Assembly: GCA_032718475.1 (NCBI GenBank)
Contig: JAUCBJ010001188.1
Span: 12,912-76,911 of the forward strand
Source: Nemertoderma westbladi
Lineage: Eukaryota; Animalia; Xenacoelomorpha
Reading direction: 5' to 3'
Length of the DNA: 64,000 bases
Part shown: positions 1 through 8,255 of the stretch, in pieces
Numbering within the stretch: the first letter of the stretch is position 1
Layout of the letters: each line of letters opens with the position of its first letter
Program-made: the position numbers and the translations under genes
The notes under the pieces: model-generated
What the model was told of the DNA's origin: nothing
Seen by the model: the letters and a program-made list of their open reading frames with translations, nothing else
Databases searched by the model: none

Positions 1-1092
1 AATGGCCAGGACAGCGTCCCTATATGCTAGCCCTACTAAAGCTAATATCAGCAAGCACGGAATCCAGGGTCCGAATAAACTTACCCTGGAACTATCTACA
101 TATAACCTAATACAAAATTACGTAGGTAGGGCTACATACTATACAAAATGAATGGATGCAAAATATATGGGCGTTTTGATTTCCCTACCTAAATACCACT
201 GCGTTATTATGCCTTATCTAAAATATTATGCTGCACAACGGACTAATATTACGTACAGTATAACGGACTAATATTGCATACTGCATAACGGACTAATACT
301 GTGGATACAGCGCCATATACCGTAACAGACACCTTCAAAATTAAAGAGTAGTGATTAGTTGACTATATAGTTTTTATACAAAATGTGTGGAATGGGTCAA
401 CTGAATATCAAGTATTAATTGGTGGATATAGTCTTGACATTTATTTTAAAGGTGTCTACACCCACTACATCGATCATTTCTGTGATGTGTCTATTCTTGG
501 TTCCTTGAGATAATTCAAAATAAAATTTTTTGAGGATTTGTCCATATCGCATCAAGGCGGCAATGAAGACTTGTGCCGGACTTCACATTTTCTGCGCTAT
601 CTCAAGAACTATTCGCTGTACGTTTGTTTTGAAGTTGTCTACCCCCACTAAATCGGACATTGCGGTTCTAATGAGCATAATATTAAAGCAGTAGGAGATC
701 TAAAAGTTGGCCATCGCGAAAATTGAGAATAATCGTCACTTGCGCCAAAGGGTAGGTTCTGGCCATCTGCCTGTGGCACTAGTTCCCTTGATCCAAAATT
801 AAAATTTTGGTATCAAACTGGATTTGGAGTCAAACTGCATTTGAACCCATTTGATGACATTTGATGCATGCAGGAAGTTCTTTCTTGGGTCATTGATCTT
901 TCATTAATGTGTTATATTGTTATAAATTTAATTGTGGTGCATCGCGAAGGCTCAAAATTTCAACCCCCTTGGGATCCGTCAAGATATCGATGAAATTTCG
1001 AGAAATTTTTTTTGCCTTAATTTTTTACCATTTGGCAACTTTTTCGCACCTGTAGAACAACGAAATCGAAAAAAAGTAAAAAACGCACCGCC

Positions 1093-1281
1093 CTAATCAC
1101 CAATGGAAATATCTGGGAGTACAGACTCAGACACTTTTACTTCTATAAAGTTATCAGGCAATACCCTGTCATTATTGAGGAGCTTTTCAACGTGGGCCTT
1201 CCAACCATTGAGGCGATCGGCTGGTGATTCAGCCTTAACCTTGGCTGGCTTGGTTGGTTGGCTTTTCCGACCAGTAAGCAA
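1093..1281 (-). pseudogene. Fragment of an RTE-like non-LTR retrotransposon ORF (region just upstream of RT)
   Basis: SPADRLNGWKAHVEKLLN resembles the ERLxxWxxHFxxLL linker between APE and RT in RTE-type LINEs. It is an isolated fragment. Confidence 0.45.
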
Positions 1282-1319
1282 GTTGATCAGCCCAAACTAC
1301 TTCCAGCCGGCAATAACTA

Positions 1320-2250
1320 TGCCCCATCTGCAACACACCCTTTCGCCACAAATGGCTGGCTCACTGTAAGTCTTGCCTTGTCAAATTCCACGGTGCTTGT
1401 GCCGGGCTAACGTAAAAGAACTTCGAGCTAGACCCCAACATGTCTGAGAACTGGCTCTGCAAGACATGTCGTCATGTCCCCACATCACCCACCCCCATAC
1501 CCTTTGGTACAGAGCCAACAGAACCTCCTCAACTCTGTCTAGATGATGCCTTCCGACAGGTATTCCATGTCCTTTCTCTCAAGAAGACCCTTCCACGTAT
1601 CCCCCAAGGTGCCCGATCAAAAGCATCATCCATTTACGCAAATCTATGTGAATCAGTGGTCCGGGAGAATACCCCACGAACATGGCTTAATCTTCTGGCT
1701 TTCCCCTACAGCCTCAGGATCCCACAATCAACATACAAGAAGCGTAGATCCACTAAACCATCAAACCAACAATCCCTAACAACCAAGGTCAAAATCCATC
1801 GACCCGAGCCATCCAGTGTTGCCGGAACACAGGAAACCCGACCAACGGCCATCTACCAACTCGCCCAAATCCGTTGATGAAAAACTCGGTAAGCTCATCT
1901 CGATGAAGATAGAAGAAGGGAATGTTGGCGCTGCTGCCAGACTAGCTTCTTCCTCGGCAACCATAGCTCCCCACAACTCTGAAACGCTACACTCTCTCCA
2001 GAAACTCCACCCATCCCGTCCGCTTGACGACTTCGAGGGATTACCAACCATTGAGGAGGCAGATGCGCCTCTACTCGACCTATCTCAACCCGAAGTAGTC
2101 AAATCCATATTTTCGTTTCCAAATGGATCAGCATCAGGGCCCGACAAGCTCCTCCCTCAAGTTCTAAAAGACCTTTGCTCATCCTCGGCAGGTGAAGCCG
2201 GCATGTGCTGTAGGAAAGCAGTAACCTCCATCGCCAACGCAAATAACAGA
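1320..2250 (+). pseudogene. 5' fragment of a CRE-like (RLE-clade) non-LTR retrotransposon with an N-terminal PHD finger
   Basis: In frame with the 1440 ORF, 1320-1469 reads CPIC-CKSC-FHGAC-(stop)-WLCKTC, a C4HC3 PHD finger. The 1816 ORF has LQKLHP and SFPNGSASGPDKLLPQVLKDL, the pre-RT motif of CRE-type elements. It is frameshifted and truncated near 2240. Confidence 0.6.
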
Positions 2251-2389
2251 TGAATACTATCCAAAATAAAACTGTTACCTGTTATATTGTGTTTAGTTTA
2301 TTGTTTTTTGTTAAAATAACGTGCCATTGTAACCTGCTCCTTTCCCTAAATTGAGAATTTAACATTGAGGCGGGATATCCGGTAATATG

Positions 2390-3014
2390 AGTAGTATAAG
2401 AAGCTATGACATCCGGCCAAGGTCACCCATAGCCCAGTATTACCGTCCATTTCTAGTACTGCATCCAATCAGAAGCCACCATTTCAACCTTTACCAATGG
2501 TCGTTATTATTTCAACCAATCAGATGCCAGCATTTCATTCGTAACCATGGTAACTTCTCAAGTTCCCGCTTATTCCGCTAGAGGCGTTATTAGTCACCCA
2601 ACGCTAGTACTGCATCCAATCACCAACCTTTATTTTACAGGTGTTCGGGTGTCTACACTTAGCATCAGGTAACGTCTACTATTTTTCAAATCGCTTTTTT
2701 TCAGCAACCAGTATTTTCATATTCACCAACCTTTATTTTACAGGCGCTACGAGTGTCTACAGGTAACGTCTACTATTTTTCATTTTCGCTATTTTTCACC
2801 AACCAGTATTTTCATATTCACCAACCTTTATTTTACAGATGCTAGAGGTGTCTACAGGTAACTTATACTATTTTTAATTTTGCAATTTTTCAGATAACAA
2901 AATATTCATCCGGGTTCGAACTCGGGACTGTTATAACTCCTCACAACTTACCACTCACTCTTCCACCCAACCTCGAGAGAAAAATGCGATAAATATCTGA
3001 GTTATACTGTAGCC
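2390..3014 (+). repeat. Left terminal inverted repeat of the Polinton
   Basis: Reverse complement of 33921-34656. Contains several CCAAT boxes and 3 copies of a ~95-100 bp subrepeat (caccaacctttattttacag at about 2621, 2724 and 2819). Confidence 0.93.
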
Positions 3015-3055
3015 TGACCTATTTTGCTTCATTTACTGTTATTATTTACTTTCTA

Positions 3056-3120
3056 TTGGTCACATGTGACACGTGTTCTTAGTTGATTGGTTGTATATAT
3101 ATAAAATGATCTATATAAAT
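3056..3120 (+). promoter_or_regulatory. Candidate Pol II promoter of the left Polinton gene block
   Basis: Two inverted CCAAT boxes (ATTGG), E-boxes in GTCACATGTGACACGTG, then TATATATAAAA about 120 bp upstream of ATG 3220. Confidence 0.4.
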
Positions 3121-3219
3121 ATATGAATAGAATAGAAAAAATATCATTAATATTTATTTATCTGTCTTGTCGCTGTTATTTAATTGTTATTACATAAAAT
3201 AATAATAATAATAATAATA

Positions 3220-3645
3220 ATGTCTTCTGATACACCTACGCCGGTAATAAGACATACATTTAATACTGTAGATAATCTTACATGTATTGTTATTGGTAAC
3301 ACTATTTATTGTCCTTCACAACCTAATTTTAAAATAGATATTTCTGAACAAGCAAGAAAAGAACTACAATCTATTGATATTTTCGGTGAGGTAGATTCGA
3401 CTAATTACCTTTTAGATTACAAAGAAGAAGATGATTTAGATAAATTCACAATTTTATCAATGTCAGATAACTTTATTGTTATTACTCAATATAGTGGTAA
3501 TATAGCGAGCAATAAATGTGAAAAGTTTGAGATCAAATTAGATCGTAAAAATGCTTATGAAATTATGGCTTTGTTTATTGTTATTATTTCGAAAGAAACC
3601 CTTGTAACCACTGATGAAACTGATGACAATGAAGATGATTCTTGA
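3220..3645 (+). CDS. Polinton accessory protein of unknown function with an acidic C-terminal tail
   Basis: Intact ORF with the likely ATG at 3220 after an (AAT)n run; ends TDETDDNEDDS. Confidence 0.6.
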   Translation: MSSDTPTPVIRHTFNTVDNLTCIVIGNTIYCPSQPNFKIDISEQARKELQSIDIFGEVDSTNYLLDYKEEDDLDKFTILSMSDNFIVITQYSGNIASNKCEKFEIKLDRKNAYEIMALFIVIISKETLVTTDETDDNEDDS

Positions 3646-3712
3646 CTCTTTCAGCTATATTATAAATATTTTATCAACATTTTAACGATTTTGGTTTGGT
3701 TATTTAAGAAAA

Positions 3713-4414
3713 ATGGATATATTAATAAACACAAATTGTAGTATTTGTTATTCTAATTTAAAACATCTTGATTGTTACATATGTGTTAATAAACATGGAA
3801 CTTGCGTGACATGTATTGATCAACATGTTGAAATTAATGATTGTACTAAAATTTGTCCAATTTGTAGAGTACAGACACTTTGCAGAGTAAACAAGTTATA
3901 TAATCCATATTATTGGAAAGAGCTGCGGAATTCTATTTACATTTCTGGAAAAAGTAACGAACCTAACGAGTTATTTACAATATCACAGAATATTTTTTAT
4001 CGATATATAGTGAAAAAAGGCGGCTTTATGGTACCTTGGTTGTTTGATGAAGAACATAAAAATATCACAGTAAAATTAAATAAGAATTTACGTAGTTTTG
4101 ATATTTACTTTAAGACATATAAAGATGAATCATCTTCAAGAGGTATAAAACCAAAAAAGTATTATTTGAAACTTGATGAAGGTATTCTTTGCAATGATTT
4201 GTGTATGAGAGTAATTCGCACTTTGACGGAGCATACTCTAAGTCATATTTCCAGTACTAAATGCTACGGACGTGGTATAGAACGTAAATGTCAAACTAAG
4301 AAGTATAACGAATTTATACGATGTCACCGCTATCTCACTTGGTATGGACATTATTTAAATCGACAACAATGTCTGTTGATTGCAGGTATACGATTACACA
4401 ATCTTTTCAAATAA
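3713..4414 (+). CDS. RING-finger protein (putative E3 ubiquitin ligase)
   Basis: N-terminal CSIC...CVNKH..CVTC...CPICR, C3HC4-like spacing. Confidence 0.75.
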   Translation: MDILINTNCSICYSNLKHLDCYICVNKHGTCVTCIDQHVEINDCTKICPICRVQTLCRVNKLYNPYYWKELRNSIYISGKSNEPNELFTISQNIFYRYIVKKGGFMVPWLFDEEHKNITVKLNKNLRSFDIYFKTYKDESSSRGIKPKKYYLKLDEGILCNDLCMRVIRTLTEHTLSHISSTKCYGRGIERKCQTKKYNEFIRCHRYLTWYGHYLNRQQCLLIAGIRLHNLFK

Positions 4415-4600
4415 GGTAATAAATAGAACGAAAGATTACCATGATAAATATACTAATACTACAGTTGTACATACTTTTTGTTGTAAAATGCTGTTTTTTG
4501 TGAATTGTTACATATATACATAGTAATGGTGATGGTTTATTGATATTTATATTATATTATATTATATTGTATTGTTGATATATCTTAATAATAATAATAA

Positions 4601-5284
4601 ATGGCTGACTTTAATTCAGGTCCATATAATTTAAACTTTCAAATGGGAACGAGTATGATAATTTCTGGCCCGTCTGGTTCCGGAAAGTCTACATTTGTCA
4701 GTAATTTAATTAAACACAAAAATGGTTGTTTCAATGAACCCCCCTTGCGAGTATTGTATTGTTACGGGAGCAATCCCCCGACTATTCCTGGTATTACACA
4801 CCTTTACAAAGGTTTGCCTGAAAATATAGATAGTTTAGTGAATAGTCGAGATTTATTAATTATAGATGATTTATTAACAGAAACTGAGTCCAGTACAGCT
4901 TTAACTGTATTGTTTACTAAGGTAGCTCATCATTCCAATATATTTATTTGTTTTATAACGCAAAACATGTATTACGGTGGGAAGCATAACCGCACAAGAT
5001 CAATTAATAGCCATACCTTAGTATTAATGAAAAATCCGCGAGACAGTTTATCGGTTTTAAATTTCGCGAAGCAGATGTTACCAGGGCAGACCAAATTTTT
5101 AGTAGATTCCTATCAAGATGCGACTATTGAACCATTTTCACATTTCTTAATTGATTTACGACAGGAAACACCCGAACATTTAAGATTTAGATCGGATATA
5201 TTTCATAATCATAATTGTTACATTAAAAATTACATTGACTATAAACGTAGCGAAAATAATAATAATAATAATAATAATAATTAA
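4601..5284 (+). CDS. Polinton A32/FtsK-like genome-packaging ATPase
   Basis: Walker A GPSGSGKST, Walker B LLIIDD, FITQN, and the conserved RSINSHTLVLMKNPRD segment. Confidence 0.93.
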   Translation: MADFNSGPYNLNFQMGTSMIISGPSGSGKSTFVSNLIKHKNGCFNEPPLRVLYCYGSNPPTIPGITHLYKGLPENIDSLVNSRDLLIIDDLLTETESSTALTVLFTKVAHHSNIFICFITQNMYYGGKHNRTRSINSHTLVLMKNPRDSLSVLNFAKQMLPGQTKFLVDSYQDATIEPFSHFLIDLRQETPEHLRFRSDIFHNHNCYIKNYIDYKRSENNNNNNNNN

Positions 5285-5317
5285 TATTTTGTAACAATTT
5301 TCAATAATGTTGCAACA

Positions 5318-5429
5318 ATGAATAGACTTGTGCAGAAATATCGTAACGAACTGGAATTTCTACACAGCGCTACCCCTCAACAAAGAACTTATTTTATTAA
5401 CCATACCGCGAGTAACGAATTAATACGGC
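5318..5429 (+). pseudogene. 5' part of a small basic Polinton virion protein gene split by the BEL insertion
   Basis: Reads MNRLVQKYRNELEFLHSATPQQRTYFINHTASNELIR and continues in frame at 20057 once the BEL element and one TSD copy are removed. Confidence 0.8.
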
Positions 5430-7352
5430 TATAGAATTATATTCCCTAAATGCCGTGGATTTTCAAAATTTTATTTTATTCGAATTAACTTTGTAAAGAT
5501 TGCTTTGAGTTCTCATTAGTATTGGTTCTATCTATTATGCATCTATCGGTCAAGTGGTTCAGTAGCTCAGTTGGTAGAGCGTTGGAAATTATAAGTGTAG
5601 TAGGTATCGAGTTCGAATCCTAGTAAGTGCGAATTATTTTTTGTGCAGAATTTCAACTCATTTAAATTAACCGCTACAAATTAATTGCATTTGTCTGTAC
5701 CAATAAGGCTGTAGTTATTTGATTGTAACCAATGTCGTGCAAGTTATATATTAGCTGGACCAATAAGCTATCTTTAAAACCTCGTTAGAACCCATAGAAC
5801 AATCGAGAATTTTCTCGATTGATTGCAGCACAAATTTAGTATATAAAGGTGCGATTTGTTCATTAGTTATCTATCTCAATCTATCACTGCAATTTCCATC
5901 ATTCGCTTTCTGTCTTATTTCAGATTACATTGTTTATTGTATAATAGTTATTATATGTTTTGTAATAAAGTCAGAAATACTAGTCACATCTCAGCCTTTC
6001 TATCTGTTTTAATATGGTTTCACTACGGTGAACAAACTCAGGGACAGGATGGCCAGCTAGAGATCGGGCCGCAGCAATGAACGGGAACATCACGGGAATG
6101 TAGACGAGAGACAACCCGCAATACCATTTAGAGTTATTCGCCCATCGCCTGAAAGGTTAGACAGCGTTCGATCCTTGCTACCTAAGTGTAAGACCAAAAG
6201 ATCAAAGGTAGACGTAGTGACACGCTGTAAGCCCAAAATTACATCATAGGGACTGTACTGTCTTGATTCAGGAAAAACCGCAGTAGACCTTCATATTCCT
6301 ACGGGGGGAGAGGGAGAGAGAGCAGATACTAGTACGCAGATAGGACGTAGGCACACCGGTACAAGGCATACACATTGGTTAGGGTGCAGCAAACTGTACG
6401 CTTAACTCTTGCTAAGTACAGGTGTGTGTGCGACTATTTGCAGTACGACCGTGTCTATTACATCAGAACTTGTAGGCTAGGGGGTTGCTGTGTTTTCACC
6501 TGAATTGGGATTGTACCGTTCAGGCGGTAGGGCAGTTTACGCTAGGCGCAAATAAATTGAGGCTATCAGGGATATACTAACATCTACCGTGTCCCCGCCA
6601 ACGCCCTAATAGGAAGTTACCCGGACTACCTGGGTGACTAAAATTCTAGATAGGAGCCAGGATAGCTATTAGTACCCGTACGCCTACCGTAGTAAACTAA
6701 CACATCTCTTCTTAGTATCAGGGACCTGGTACCTAAAATTGCCGAATTCTGGGCGTAGTATTAACCTTATGCCTGAATTTGAGTCCTGGAAATACGCAAG
6801 AGGGGAAGGAACCTTATCATTCGTGAGTATTGGACCTACAAGTTATAAAATTAGAATATTCGTAAATGCACACCGTACCCAGTAATTATATATGTGAAGG
6901 AGCAAAACTGCTTTGACCGTTCAGAATTAACACACGCGCGTTAGAAATTATTTACACCTCGAAATATATAAAATTAACTTTCGTCCTTACTGCACTTTGC
7001 TCGCTAGTTAGACATCTCCAAATCTGCTCTATACCTAGCTAGCGTCCCTTTGCCCAACCATATAAATCACACCGCGGCAAAGTATACGAGCCTCTTAGTC
7101 CGTCAGTGAGTCAGCCTGATTTTAGGATTCGCTGCGCGGGATTTTGTTTTATCGAAGTTTGTCTGCTCGTAGACTGTTTTCTGCCTCACCGGTTAAAAGA
7201 GATCGATACTGCAATATATTCGCTTACTTGGGGTTTACTGTTTTGGTGAGAAGGTCGGATTTATGATTTGATTTACAAACTTTACAGTAGGATATTGCAG
7301 GTATTGTTACCGTCTCTTCCGATAGTAGGAATAGGCGTATCTCTCCAATTTA
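5430..7352 (+). repeat. 5' LTR (1923 bp, TAT...TTA termini)
   Basis: Matches 18133-20051 with roughly ten differences by eye. Confidence 0.93.
5556..5642 (+). ncRNA. tRNA-derived Pol III unit inside the 5' LTR (not a functional tRNA)
   Basis: A box TAGCTCAGTTGG 5563-5574, B box GAGTTCGAATCC 5609-5620 and T6 at 5637-5642. Acceptor and anticodon stems do not pair. Confidence 0.65.
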
Positions 7353-7363
7353 GTAGGAATATG
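7353..7363 (+). promoter_or_regulatory. Putative non-tRNA primer-binding site GTAGGAATATG
   Basis: Abuts the 5' LTR end with no TGG. It is the exact reverse complement of CATATTCCTAC at 6292-6302 and is repeated at 7411 and 7447. Confidence 0.5.
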
Positions 7364-8255
7364 TTATTTCTATTTCCTTTTGTGGAATGTTTTTCATATT
7401 TCCTAATTTAGTAGGAATATGATTATTTAACATATTTCCTAATTTAGTAGGAATATGTTTTACTGAACTACGGTTCGGTAGGACTAAAGTTATTTGAAAA
7501 TTTTGTATTTTGAGGTAAAAATTTATATTTGATTAGCTAAGTGCTAATATTTTGAAATAAAATTTGATTTGAACCGCGTGTAAAATTTTTTGGAATTGAA
7601 TACCGGTGTTTAAAAGGGTTTAAATACCATATTGTACCGGTACAAAATTTTCGTAAAGTAAAACCTAACTCTTTTGTTTTTCAGGATTCAGAACTCATTT
7701 CTAGACTGTAACGGGAGCAAGACCGTGTTTAGCAAGTTTGGGAGATAGATAACTCAACAACTTTGGTTGGGAAAATCGCGTTTCGTCCGCAACGTTAAAA
7801 ACGGAAAGGTTCACGTTCGGTTTGTATCTGGGAATCTGTTTTTCTGGAGAATTATTGGAGTGGGTGAGTTCGAAAAGTTGCATAAATAAGTTAGGCATTA
7901 CCGTATTTAGTTAAAATTATTGTGGGTTCCACTGTCTCAAGTATTTATGCATTCCGTACGATTTCTTTGTTCATTGCTGAATTAGTCCGTATTATTGTAT
8001 TTAATTTACCTTTTGATAACGCATATCGTTATCCGATTTATTTGTTGTAAAATTGGCCGCTAGGCTAATTTTATTATATACTTATTCCGTGACATTTATT
8101 TGCTGTAAAATTGGCCGTTTAGGCTAATTTTATCCATCTGCTATAAAATCAGCCGGTAGGCTAATTTTATAAGACTGTAATTAGTACCGTTTAGATATAA
8201 ATACGGTAAAACTCGATACTTTGACACTCACTTTACTTGACTTACAACTACCGAA

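Noticed and set aside
430-1090. Kolobok-like terminus TTAA-AGG at 446-452
   Set aside because: The following sequence recurs near 636 as an internal repeat, and no partner TIR was found.
5425-5430. 6-bp TSD ACGGCT for the BEL element
   Set aside because: The T is also present at the start of the 3' LTR (18133), so it is better assigned to the LTR; 5 bp is the BEL norm.
5556-5642. Functional tRNA gene
   Set aside because: Acceptor and anticodon stems do not pair; the same applies to 18259-18345 and 43005-43093.
5430-6030. Shorter ~584-bp LTR ending TTTTAATA followed by TGGTTTCACTACGG as a tRNA PBS
   Set aside because: The direct repeat and the TSD extend to 7352/20051. The TGG segment matches no tRNA 3' end I recognise and folds as a TTCAC-TACG-GTGAA tetraloop hairpin. 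It is kept only as an alternative promoter/poly(A) model.
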